64,000 bases of DNA, taken from the IMG/VR virus record IMGVR_UViG_3300047551_002158. The stretch is one strand, 5' to 3'. Positions 1 through 7,832 of this stretch are shown here, piece by piece. Within the stretch, counting starts at the first letter, position 1. Each line of letters starts with the position of its first letter. The DNA is from a virus (Duplodnaviria > Caudoviricetes). The notes beneath the pieces are model-generated. The model ran no database searches and was not told the DNA's origin. It was given only the letters and a program-made list of their open reading frames with translations. The translations under genes were made by a program, and so were the position numbers.

Positions 1-2
1 CC

Positions 3-188
3 GAAAAGCATAAGGATGATGATATGCTTACAGATGACGGAGAACTTGACCCAGGAATTTTTGCTGATTATCTGTGCGATAATGTTGTCGCAAACCTAAT
101 TAAGGATTTTGACTTGTATGATTATGAGGATATGAGTTATCCTATTGTGGAGATAGCAACAGAAGAAGAAATTAAACATCAATTTTGA
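3..188 (+). CDS. hypothetical protein, 5'-truncated by window edge
   Basis: Open frame from position 3 to TGA at 186-188 (EKHKDDDML...EEEIKHQF*), acidic like its neighbours. Confidence 0.6.
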   Translation, partial: EKHKDDDMLTDDGELDPGIFADYLCDNVVANLIKDFDLYDYEDMSYPIVEIATEEEIKHQF

Positions 189-198
189 GGAAACTGAA

Positions 199-417
199 AT
201 GACTATTGAAATCACCAATCAAGTTCGTATTCAAGAACATTCTGACTATTGGTATACTGCCGAAGACACTCATCTTGATGTTGGATGTGAGGGGTTTACT
301 GTTTCTTATTGGGAGTTTGATAAAGAAAAAGGAGATAAACGAGTTCAACATATTTGTATGAATAAAGAAGAAGCACTTGTTATTGCTGACGCAATCTACA
401 AATTCTTTAAGAACTGA
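199..417 (+). CDS. small hypothetical phage protein
   Basis: 72-aa ORF with GAGG SD-like site upstream; part of a tightly coupled gene run. Confidence 0.7.
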   Translation: MTIEITNQVRIQEHSDYWYTAEDTHLDVGCEGFTVSYWEFDKEKGDKRVQHICMNKEEALVIADAIYKFFKN

Positions 418-419
418 AA

Positions 420-620
420 ATGACTTATCAAATCACACAAGAAATCCGTATTCACCACGAAGATGGTTGGTTCTACCAATTTACTGATGATGGTCAAGGT
501 CTTGTAGAGATTAATCAATATACAACTCACGGAGTTGAAGAAACTAAAACAGGGGAACCTTTTCACATTCCCAAAGATTGTATTGATACTTTTATTGGTG
601 TTTTAGAGCAACTGAAATGA
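420..620 (+). CDS. small hypothetical protein, possible paralog of 199..417
   Basis: 66-aa ORF; N-terminus (ITQEIRI..W) resembles the previous ORF (ITNQVRI..W); ATGA overlap with the next gene. Confidence 0.7.
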   Translation: MTYQITQEIRIHHEDGWFYQFTDDGQGLVEINQYTTHGVEETKTGEPFHIPKDCIDTFIGVLEQLK

Positions 621-853
621 CTACACTTTTTGAGCGAACTATTCCCGCAACGACTTGGGGCATTCAATATCCCGAAGCACACGCAAAAGAGTTCTTTACT
701 TATAACAACTCGGAAGCAGAAGACATTATTTCTGCAATTTCAGAAGATAGTGGTGAGACCATTTGTAGTCGTTCGTTGATTATGCTTCTTCACCAAATGT
801 CTGAACGCATTTATGAACTTGAAAGTGAAATCCGTCAATTGAAAAGTGAATGA
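617..853 (+). CDS. small hypothetical protein
   Basis: 78-aa ORF, ATGA-coupled at both ends, coiled-coil-like C-terminus. Confidence 0.7.
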   Translation: MTTLFERTIPATTWGIQYPEAHAKEFFTYNNSEAEDIISAISEDSGETICSRSLIMLLHQMSERIYELESEIRQLKSE

Positions 854-1035
854 GATACTACGAAAGTAGAACCTACGAACACCAGTGCGACTTTGATGCT
901 AAAAACAGAGCACAAAAAGCATCACAAGATTACTACAACAAGTGGATAAATCTTCGTAAGGAAGTTCGTAATCTTGTAAGAGAACAAAACCTCACTATTA
1001 CTCCTGAATTTGCTAAACTGATTGGATTAAAATGA
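850..1035 (+). CDS. small hypothetical protein
   Basis: 61-aa ORF, ATGA-coupled. Confidence 0.65.
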   Translation: MRYYESRTYEHQCDFDAKNRAQKASQDYYNKWINLRKEVRNLVREQNLTITPEFAKLIGLK

Positions 1036-1244
1036 CTAACCACATCATTCCCAAAGTCGCATACATTCCTCTGGAATACCATATGTCTGTTGAAGATTTC
1101 TTGGAAGTTTGGAAGGATATGGAAATGGAAGAGGAACCCACACAAGAAGATTATGATACTTTTATTCTTGAACGGGGGAAATCGTATTTTTATGATATGA
1201 GAGGTGATATTGAAGGTAGTATTCGTTTGATAGAGGACAACTGA
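1032..1244 (+). CDS. small acidic hypothetical protein
   Basis: 70-aa ORF, ATGA-coupled. Confidence 0.65.
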   Translation: MTNHIIPKVAYIPLEYHMSVEDFLEVWKDMEMEEEPTQEDYDTFILERGKSYFYDMRGDIEGSIRLIEDN

Positions 1245-1245
1245 A

Positions 1246-1443
1246 ATGAAAATGACTAAAGAGGCACAAGCAGTCGCAGATGCTATTGAAGAAGTGAGAT
1301 TTGACTGGGGTGATATGGAACAATCTCATCCTCATACTATTGCTGTTGCTACTCTTCGTAAAGTTGTAGAAGAACTCAAGTGGATTGGTATTACTGAAAA
1401 GAACATTCTTGAACTTGCGAATGAACTGGAGGAACTGAAATGA
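1246..1443 (+). CDS. small hypothetical protein
   Basis: 65-aa ORF in the coupled run. Confidence 0.65.
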   Translation: MKMTKEAQAVADAIEEVRFDWGDMEQSHPHTIAVATLRKVVEELKWIGITEKNILELANELEELK

Positions 1444-1667
1444 CTACCGAAGAAAAACTCACACTTCTCCTCAAGGTTCTCAAAGAAGTAGCAGAGGTAA
1501 AACACTGCTATGAAGGTCTATTTGGAGATGATTATACTCCAAGTGCTGGTAATTATGATGATGCCTTTGAAGATGGTTGTGCTTATGGTGAGATTACCTT
1601 TGCCCGCACTATGTTAGAATGTATTGGTGAAAAGTTTGAATACCCTTGTATGAAAGAAAATGACTAA
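1440..1667 (+). CDS. small hypothetical protein
   Basis: 75-aa ORF, GGAGG SD upstream, ATGA overlap. Confidence 0.65.
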   Translation: MTTEEKLTLLLKVLKEVAEVKHCYEGLFGDDYTPSAGNYDDAFEDGCAYGEITFARTMLECIGEKFEYPCMKEND

Positions 1668-1845
1668 CAAAGTAAAATTCACACAAGTATCCAGAGTAAT
1701 CTGCCCTAAAAGTGGTATTCATTTTTTGGATGCTGTAGATACTGAAGGTTTGCACTGGACTGCACAAATGGAAACTGGTGTAGAACGATGGATCACATAC
1801 AAAGAAGTTTGGAAGAAAGACCCTCAACAACCATTAGACCTATGA
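1660..1845 (+). CDS. small hypothetical protein
   Basis: 61-aa ORF overlapping its neighbours by a few nt. Confidence 0.65.
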   Translation: MTNKVKFTQVSRVICPKSGIHFLDAVDTEGLHWTAQMETGVERWITYKEVWKKDPQQPLDL

Positions 1846-2090
1846 AACATCCTGCGAACGATTGGGAATGGGAAGATAATGCCGAAGTGGCTTTTGTAGA
1901 GTGGTTTCATGGTGATTATGGAAGCCCTTTTTCAATTCGTTCAGATTGGTTCTATGGAGATTGTGTGGAACCTGATGAAGAACAAAGAAAGGAAATCCTG
2001 ATCAAGTGGTTGCATTCAGCCTTCTTGACAGGTTATAATATGGGTAGATTTGAAGGGCTTGAAGTAGGATTGACTGACAATGAAGATTGA
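1842..2090 (+). CDS. small acidic hypothetical protein
   Basis: Track ORF 1788..2090; the likely start is the ATGA-coupled ATG at 1842 (MKHPAN). Confidence 0.65.
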   Translation: MKHPANDWEWEDNAEVAFVEWFHGDYGSPFSIRSDWFYGDCVEPDEEQRKEILIKWLHSAFLTGYNMGRFEGLEVGLTDNED

Positions 2091-2358
2091 AATCAATCAT
2101 AATCTATCTTCCAATACTTATGATTGGAAGATGTGGGATGGACCTGATGGTATTGACTACTTTGAGGGTAATGAGTTAGACTTAGGGCAATGTTTTGAAC
2201 AAATCACAGTGCAACGAACACTCAACGCTTTGAATTATGATGAGGTTGACTATCGTTCTCTGTGCAAAGAACTTGTAAATGAACTGGATAAGTATGTTTC
2301 CGCATACTCACCAGAAGGTAAAGTCCTTTATAACGCTCTTCGTATTTTACACAAATGA
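2080..2358 (+). CDS. hypothetical protein
   Basis: 92-aa ORF in the coupled run. Confidence 0.65.
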   Translation: MKIEINHNLSSNTYDWKMWDGPDGIDYFEGNELDLGQCFEQITVQRTLNALNYDEVDYRSLCKELVNELDKYVSAYSPEGKVLYNALRILHK

Positions 2359-2633
2359 CTGAAATTGATCCTTCACTTATCCTCAAATATGATGATCATA
2401 TCTACTATCACGGAGAAAAGTATCAAAAAGTAGAAGAACCCAAAACTTTTTATGATAAGGTCTGGGAAGAACTTGGGAAGAAAGTAGGATATGGTATTGA
2501 TTGTGATCAATTGACTGATAGGGTTATGGATTTGATTAAAGACAATATTCCAGAACCTTTGGAGAATAAGTATCACTCTGATATTATTGCAGGATACAAT
2601 AATGCACTCAACGATATAAGAGAGAGGTTCTGA
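2355..2633 (+). CDS. hypothetical protein
   Basis: 92-aa ORF, ATGA and TGATG coupled. Confidence 0.65.
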   Translation: MTEIDPSLILKYDDHIYYHGEKYQKVEEPKTFYDKVWEELGKKVGYGIDCDQLTDRVMDLIKDNIPEPLENKYHSDIIAGYNNALNDIRERF

Positions 2634-2833
2634 TGACTGACCTTACACAAAAACAAAAACAAATATTCTATGAAATTCCTGAACTTTTAGACCAAGTTGA
2701 TGCTCTTATGGAGTTTCATCCACTTCCTACTGCTGTATGGAGAGATATACGAAAATTGATGGTTCTTTCTTATGAAAAGGGGTATAGTAAAGGTGAATAT
2801 GATACTCATATGAAATATGCTGGAACTGACTAA
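2633..2833 (+). CDS. hypothetical protein
   Basis: 66-aa ORF, TGATG coupled; its stop overlaps a TAAATA element. Confidence 0.6.
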   Translation: MTDLTQKQKQIFYEIPELLDQVDALMEFHPLPTAVWRDIRKLMVLSYEKGYSKGEYDTHMKYAGTD

Positions 2834-2933
2834 ATAATAAGGTCTATAGGAACCGCAATTCTCTACGGACAGATTAGGTGCTTTCGGGCACCTTTTCTAT
2901 TATAAATACTAATGCGGTTTCTGTAGAATAACG
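2831..2933 (+). promoter_or_regulatory. endonuclease leader cassette, copy A (late promoter, hairpin, terminator, late promoter, antisense target)
   Basis: TAAATA 2831-2836; stem 2842-2849/2863-2870; terminator-like AGGTGC-TTTCGG-GCACCT-TTT 2876-2896; TATAAATA 2901-2908; 2844-2857 complementary to 2913-2926. Confidence 0.75.
2841..2896 (+). ncRNA. candidate ~55-nt antisense sRNA, copy A
   Basis: Lies between a late-promoter-like TAAATA and an intrinsic-terminator-like hairpin; 14 nt are antisense to the endonuclease mRNA leader. Transcription is inferred, not shown. Confidence 0.45.
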
Positions 2934-3875
2934 ATGACTTACCAAAGTCCAAGAATTTACATATACAAAATTACCTTTGAAGAAGTTCCATACTACTATT
3001 ATGGAGTTCATAAGGAAAAATACTTCAACGAAGAATACTGGGGTTCTCCTATAACAAACAAATGGTGCTGGGAACTTTATACAGCAAAGAAAAAAATACT
3101 TCAACTTTTTGATTTTACGGATGAAGGTTGGTTGAAGGCACAAGAAATTGAAGAAAGATTGATAAAACCATTTTTTAATACCGATAAATGGTGTCTAAAT
3201 GAAAGTTGTGGTGGTAAAGTATCTCTAAAAGTTTTGCGTGAAAGTGGAAATAAATGTTATGAACTTGGTTTGGGATTTCATTCACTAACCAAAGAGCAAA
3301 GAAGTGAAAATGGTAAAAGAAATGGTAAAATTTCTGGAAAAAAAGGAGGTAAAAAAGTATATGAACTTGGTATTGGAGTTCACGGAAGAACAAAAGAACA
3401 GATGAGTGAAGATGGGAAACAAGGAGGGAAAAAATCATACGAACTTAAAATAGGAATACACGGAATAACCAAAGAACAGATGGTTGAAAATGGTAGAAAG
3501 TGTGGAAATAGAACATATGAACTTGGAATTGCAATACACGGACAAAGCAAAGAAAAAATGAGAAAAAGAGAAACACATCCTATGAGTGGAAAAACTCATA
3601 GTGAAGAAACGAAAGAGAAGATGTGTAAATCTCATTTAGGAAAACCTGGAATTTGTGGTTTCAAAGGAAAAAATCATACAGAAGAAGCAAAACAAAAACT
3701 AAGAGAAGGTAGAGAAGTTAAATATTTTTCTGTAATAAGTCCTACTGGAGAAGTAATACATTCTAAAAATGCTAAGCAATTTTGTAGAGATAATAATTTA
3801 GATAAAGGACATTTTTCTCAAGTTTTGAACGGAAAACGGCCAGTTCATAAGGGATTTCGTCTCTATACTGGATAA
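2934..3875 (+). CDS. free-standing GIY-YIG (Seg-like) homing endonuclease
   Basis: N-terminal YIYKIT...YYYGVH...YWGS GIY-YIG-like motif; NUMOD3-like GKTHSEETKEKM and GKNHTEEAKQKL; C-terminal HTH-like DNA-binding module. Confidence 0.8.
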   Translation: MTYQSPRIYIYKITFEEVPYYYYGVHKEKYFNEEYWGSPITNKWCWELYTAKKKILQLFDFTDEGWLKAQEIEERLIKPFFNTDKWCLNESCGGKVSLKVLRESGNKCYELGLGFHSLTKEQRSENGKRNGKISGKKGGKKVYELGIGVHGRTKEQMSEDGKQGGKKSYELKIGIHGITKEQMVENGRKCGNRTYELGIAIHGQSKEKMRKRETHPMSGKTHSEETKEKMCKSHLGKPGICGFKGKNHTEEAKQKLREGREVKYFSVISPTGEVIHSKNAKQFCRDNNLDKGHFSQVLNGKRPVHKGFRLYTG

Positions 3876-3933
3876 GGACACTTCCCAAACTGGCACAAGG
3901 GCACTTGAACCCGGTGCCCTAATGCCCTATAAT
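3876..3933 (+). promoter_or_regulatory. sigma70-type early promoter with stem-loop over -35
   Basis: TTGAAC 3905-3910, 17-nt spacer, TATAAT 3928-3933; GGGCAC/GTGCCC inverted repeat; upstream AAACTGGCAC motif. Confidence 0.75.
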
Positions 3934-3958
3934 ACTAATATACACAAAGGAACTCTAA

Positions 3959-4279
3959 ATGACTAAATGTGTTCGTGATGGAAAAGTTGCTGTTCTGTAT
4001 TCTCCTGGATTTGGAGCAGGATGGAGCACTTGGAATAATGATAAGTATCGTGAGTTTCTTCTTCACGATGAGAAACTTGTTGAACTTGTAGAATTCAAGC
4101 AACAAAATAAAATTGAAGAGTATGTGAAATCAGTTTATCCTGGTGAGTATATCTGTGTTCTTGGTGCCCACCAATTGAGAGTAGAATGGGTTTATCCTGG
4201 AACTCAATTCCTTATTAATGACTATGATGGTTCTGAAAGTATTGAATTCAATTCTGATAGTTATTGGAGTGTTGCTTGA
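3959..4279 (+). CDS. hypothetical phage protein
   Basis: 106-aa ORF (VAVLYSPGFGAGWSTWN) downstream of the early promoter, AAAGGA SD. Confidence 0.75.
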   Translation: MTKCVRDGKVAVLYSPGFGAGWSTWNNDKYREFLLHDEKLVELVEFKQQNKIEEYVKSVYPGEYICVLGAHQLRVEWVYPGTQFLINDYDGSESIEFNSDSYWSVA

Positions 4280-4309
4280 TTGTCTCAACACCATTAGAGA
4301 GAACTTACG

Positions 4310-4534
4310 ATGAAATTCCCCAACTACACACTTGGATTATTCACAGGTTTCTGTTTGGGATGTCTGTATTTTATGGCACCTACTATTGTTGATAGTTTCC
4401 GCAAACCATCAGAAACTCCAAAACCAGAACCACAACGATTTGAGGTGGTTGCGAAGTATGATGGATGTGATGTGGTAAGATATGACCCAGAATATTCAGC
4501 ACGTTATTCTTATTTCTTGGATTGTAGAAAATGA
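4310..4534 (+). CDS. small membrane-anchored hypothetical protein
   Basis: 74-aa ORF with a hydrophobic N-terminus. Confidence 0.65.
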   Translation: MKFPNYTLGLFTGFCLGCLYFMAPTIVDSFRKPSETPKPEPQRFEVVAKYDGCDVVRYDPEYSARYSYFLDCRK

Positions 4535-4689
4535 AATACCTTGTCTCATATTATTACAAGAATGATTTAGAGAAACGATATAAGGGTTTTTATGATAGTA
4601 TGCAGATGGCAATTGCTTTTGCGAATATGCTGATTGCTCAAGGTGACTATGTGATTGATAGTATTACTACGGAGTTTGAAGATGCTTGA
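4531..4689 (+). CDS. small hypothetical protein
   Basis: 52-aa ORF read by eye (MKYLVSYYYK...), ATGA-coupled; below the track cutoff. Confidence 0.55.
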   Translation: MKYLVSYYYKNDLEKRYKGFYDSMQMAIAFANMLIAQGDYVIDSITTEFEDA

Positions 4690-4972
4690 AGTCAAAGAAA
4701 ACGAAAACGGATCATTTGAAATCACTTGGAACCCGAATGACCCAGTAGAAAGTGTGTTTAACACTTGGTCTGAAGAAGATTTTACTAAATGTATTATGGA
4801 TGTTTGTCGTAAAGTGATTGAAGAAACTGAAGTAGAATGTAAGAAGCAACTGGAAGAGATTGCTGCGAAACTTGGTGGTAAGTTGGAGCATTATGTTTGC
4901 TCTGACCTACATAATCAGTCTGAAAAGTATGTGATTACTTATAATCATCAGAAGAAAAATGACCCATCTTGA
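4682..4972 (+). CDS. hypothetical protein
   Basis: Track ORF 4655..4972; likely ATG at 4682 (MLEVKENENGSFEITW). Confidence 0.65.
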   Translation: MLEVKENENGSFEITWNPNDPVESVFNTWSEEDFTKCIMDVCRKVIEETEVECKKQLEEIAAKLGGKLEHYVCSDLHNQSEKYVITYNHQKKNDPS

Positions 4973-5297
4973 ATACATCTTCACGCATCTTATTCCCACT
5001 TGGTTTAGGTCATTTGGGGATAATTTCCGTATGTGGAGTGATTTGATGACTGGAAACTATGAACCTTATGTTCTTTTGAAGGATGATGATCCATTTGAGA
5101 CAACTTATGATTGGTTCTGGACCAGTATCAATCTGGATGAAACATACCCAAAGGAGTTTCTTGAAAGTCTGATACAAATGGCGGATGATGTAAAAACTGG
5201 TAAGGTCAAAACTTATCCACTAACACAAGAAATGTTTGATAGACTTGATGACCTTGTTGGTGATTTGATAGAGGAGAAAGACAATGGGGATGTTTGA
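4959..5297 (+). CDS. hypothetical protein
   Basis: 112-aa ORF. Confidence 0.7.
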   Translation: MTHLEYIFTHLIPTWFRSFGDNFRMWSDLMTGNYEPYVLLKDDDPFETTYDWFWTSINLDETYPKEFLESLIQMADDVKTGKVKTYPLTQEMFDRLDDLVGDLIEEKDNGDV

Positions 5298-5700
5298 CTA
5301 TGTAAGGTCTTCATATGATTTGGGACCTGACTTCACAAATGTAGAACTACAAACCAAAGATATTGAGGAGGGTTATAGTGGAACTATGACCCATTTTTGG
5401 ATTGACCCTGCTGGTTATTTGTGGTGTCCTGATTATAAAGGAACAAATACCTTTGAGATTATTGAAGAAGATGACCCAAGATATAATCCTAAGCATCTAT
5501 TCTTGAATTATGAATGGATATCCACTGGGAAAAAAGGTAAGTATAGGGTTCATCCTATTACAAAATACATATCCGTTTATCCATCAACTTGGGACGGTTC
5601 TTGGGAAGAATGGCCACGCTTGAAGTTACATTTCAAATACGGGAAACTTGTGGATTATGAAGACATTACTGGAAAAAGAATAAATAATAATATCTGTTAG
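5284..5700 (+). CDS. hypothetical phage protein
   Basis: 138-aa ORF with GAGG SD; its last codons run into the endonuclease leader cassette. Confidence 0.7.
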   Translation: MGMFDYVRSSYDLGPDFTNVELQTKDIEEGYSGTMTHFWIDPAGYLWCPDYKGTNTFEIIEEDDPRYNPKHLFLNYEWISTGKKGKYRVHPITKYISVYPSTWDGSWEEWPRLKLHFKYGKLVDYEDITGKRINNNIC

Positions 5701-5783
5701 GACGGCAATCTCTACAGATAAGATTAGGTGCTTTCGGGCACCTTTTCTGTTATAAATAGTGTTGCCGTCCAAACAGAATAGAA
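5681..5783 (+). promoter_or_regulatory. endonuclease leader cassette, copy B
   Basis: Same 103-nt layout as copy A; identical 28-nt core AGATTAGGTGCTTTCGGGCACCTTTTCT (5721-5748 = 2871-2898); TATAAATA 5751-5758; 5694-5708 complementary to 5762-5776. Confidence 0.75.
5691..5746 (+). ncRNA. candidate ~55-nt antisense sRNA, copy B
   Basis: Stem 5691-5700/5712-5720, loop GACGGCAATCT, terminator-like hairpin 5726-5746. Transcription is inferred. Confidence 0.45.
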
Positions 5784-6530
5784 ATGAACTACCTAAAGGT
5801 TTATTGTAACCTCATCAGGAAAGTAGAGAATAGAACTCCACCTGAAGGTTATACAGAAAAACATCACACATTTCCAAAAAGTATATTTGGAAAGAATAAC
5901 AGAGTTGTTGTGCTTACCGCAAGAGAACATTATGTTGCTCACGCATTATTAGAAAAAATTTATACTAAAAGATGTGGATTTGAAAATTGGAAAACAAAAA
6001 AGATGATATATGCTTTTTGGTTGATGAATAATCAGTCAAGAAAAGAACAAAAAAGATATAAAAATTCTGTTTTATACGAATTAAAAAAGATAAAATATTC
6101 TAAACAAATAAAAGGTAAAAATAATCCTTTTTATGGTAAAAAACACTCAAAAGAACTTATACACAAACGCAGTAGAACTTTTTCAATATTAAGTCCAAAT
6201 AATCAAATAATTACTGGTATAAATGTTGAAGAATTTTGTAGAAAAAATAATTTAACACCAACACATATTTTAAGTGTAATAAATGGAAAACAAAAATCTC
6301 ATAAAGGATGGAGAAACATTGAAGATTATGGAAAAAATAAAACTGAACTTTCTAAAGGTAAATATTTTTCTATATTAAGTCCTGATGGTAATATCATAAT
6401 TGAAAAAAATTTAAATCAATTTTGCAGAGAAAATAACTTAAACAGTAATTGTTTAAGAGATGTAATAAAAGGAAGACAAAAATCACATAAAGGTTACTGT
6501 GCTGTACCAGATGTTCAACTGTCCATATAA
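5784..6530 (+). CDS. free-standing HNH (MobE-like) homing endonuclease
   Basis: GYTEKHHTFPKS...LTAREHYVAHALL is the Mob-type HNH signature; NPFYGKKHS NUMOD3-like motif; two tandem C-terminal HTH-like modules. Confidence 0.8.
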   Translation: MNYLKVYCNLIRKVENRTPPEGYTEKHHTFPKSIFGKNNRVVVLTAREHYVAHALLEKIYTKRCGFENWKTKKMIYAFWLMNNQSRKEQKRYKNSVLYELKKIKYSKQIKGKNNPFYGKKHSKELIHKRSRTFSILSPNNQIITGINVEEFCRKNNLTPTHILSVINGKQKSHKGWRNIEDYGKNKTELSKGKYFSILSPDGNIIIEKNLNQFCRENNLNSNCLRDVIKGRQKSHKGYCAVPDVQLSI

Positions 6531-6584
6531 TGAGGACAAAGTTTTAATTTATGCTATAATAAAGGACTATAAGACCTTCACCCG

Positions 6585-6905
6585 ATGATTGAAACCTCTT
6601 TGTTTCCTTATGAAAATCACCCATACAGATTGGAGTTTGGAGAGAAAAAAGAAAAGACGGTCTGCTTTTTTTCCTGCGAAGAACACTTGCAAAAATACTT
6701 AAATCGGTATAAACTGGATAAGAGAACACTTAAGATTGATTATCGTGATGGAGAACCCGTTCAGTCTGGTAAAACAAACAAGAACAAAGTACGACAAGGA
6801 ACTGGAAAGAGTAGTAACGGAAGTGCAAGTAGAAGTAAGCGGAGTACCAAAAGCGTGGATGCCAATAGAACTTCTAATCGCACTCGTAAACCTAAATCAA
6901 AATGA
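6585..6905 (+). CDS. hypothetical protein with basic low-complexity C-terminus
   Basis: 106-aa ORF downstream of the extended -10 TGCTATAAT (6552-6560). Confidence 0.7.
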   Translation: MIETSLFPYENHPYRLEFGEKKEKTVCFFSCEEHLQKYLNRYKLDKRTLKIDYRDGEPVQSGKTNKNKVRQGTGKSSNGSASRSKRSTKSVDANRTSNRTRKPKSK

Positions 6906-6945
6906 ACAGCAAATCAAAACTGCTACTGGCACTGCTACAAATTGA
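6748..6945 (+). CDS. possible overlapping (overprinted) gene
   Basis: ATG 6748 (MENPFSLVKQTR...); protein-like composition in a second frame overlapping 6585..6905 by 158 nt. Confidence 0.5.
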   Translation: MENPFSLVKQTRTKYDKELERVVTEVQVEVSGVPKAWMPIELLIALVNLNQNEQQIKTATGTATN

Positions 6946-7043
6946 TAATCTCACAGAACTTCTCAAAGAAAACGAATACGAACAGTTTTTATACAGCCAC
7001 ATTATATCACTACGAACAGAACTTCAGAGGCAACTAAGTCATT

Positions 7044-7262
7044 ATGAACAAACAACTGATTGATGATTGCTTCTATGTGGAGCAAAAAAAATATGGAACC
7101 TGGGATAGTTATGATAAAGAGGGTAAATGTATTGTAACTTCATTAACTGAAGAGCAATGTATTCGCGCAACACGTTTCATTCTTCAAGGACGGCAAGAAG
7201 GTTGGAATGAAGAGCAAACTATGGTAAAATCAGAAAATAGTACAGTTGGAGGAAAACTATGA
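7044..7262 (+). CDS. small hypothetical protein
   Basis: 72-aa ORF. Confidence 0.7.
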   Translation: MNKQLIDDCFYVEQKKYGTWDSYDKEGKCIVTSLTEEQCIRATRFILQGRQEGWNEEQTMVKSENSTVGGKL

Positions 7263-7435
7263 CGATACGCACTTTTGTGGATAAAAATAGCAATGAATGG
7301 ACTTGGGAAGAAACACCAGAAACTATTAAAGCACTTAAAGAACTACACGAAACGGTAAAGCAAGTGAATGAAGGTAAGTTTGCTGGTAATTATCCTGGTC
7401 CTCTTTATGCTCCTCATCCAAATATCAAGCAATGA
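7259..7435 (+). CDS. small hypothetical protein
   Basis: 58-aa ORF read by eye, ATGA-coupled, GGAGG SD. Confidence 0.6.
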   Translation: MTIRTFVDKNSNEWTWEETPETIKALKELHETVKQVNEGKFAGNYPGPLYAPHPNIKQ

Positions 7436-7581
7436 ATTATCACGTTCTTGATGAAACAACTCCTTGGTATGAGTGGCTGCAATATTCCGAAATCTGCTAT
7501 CAACTAAATGTTCCTGGACAACCATCTATAGGACGTTTTATGGGATACCGAAGATACCTTAAATCTGTTGGAGTTCTATAA
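7432..7581 (+). CDS. small hypothetical protein
   Basis: 49-aa ORF read by eye, ATGA and TAATG coupled. Confidence 0.55.
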   Translation: MNYHVLDETTPWYEWLQYSEICYQLNVPGQPSIGRFMGYRRYLKSVGVL

Positions 7582-7832
7582 TGTTTGGATGGTTTAGAAA
7601 ACAACAACCAAAGATTATTTGTCAGGATGAAAACTATTTTTCTCCTGGTGATAAAATCGTTGAGTTGGAAGAACGAATTACTTTGCTTGAAAATCAAGTC
7701 AGAGAACTTCAGCAAGAAAATATTGAAACAACAAATTCATTGTATGAAGTTGCTAACAGTTTAGAAAGTCGCATAGATATACTTTCATCCGAACCTTATA
7801 AATTACATAGTAACACCGAAGAAATCAAATGA
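7581..7832 (+). CDS. small coiled-coil protein
   Basis: 83-aa ORF with heptad pattern [18 protein letters not shown]. Confidence 0.65.
   Translation: MFGWFRKQQPKIICQDENYFSPGDKIVELEERITLLENQVRELQQENIETTNSLYEVANSLESRIDILSSEPYKLHSNTEEIK

Noticed and set aside
2934-6530. Endonucleases as intron- or intein-encoded
   Set aside because: The flanking ORFs end in their own stop codons, no interrupted gene resumes afterwards, and no group I core elements were seen.
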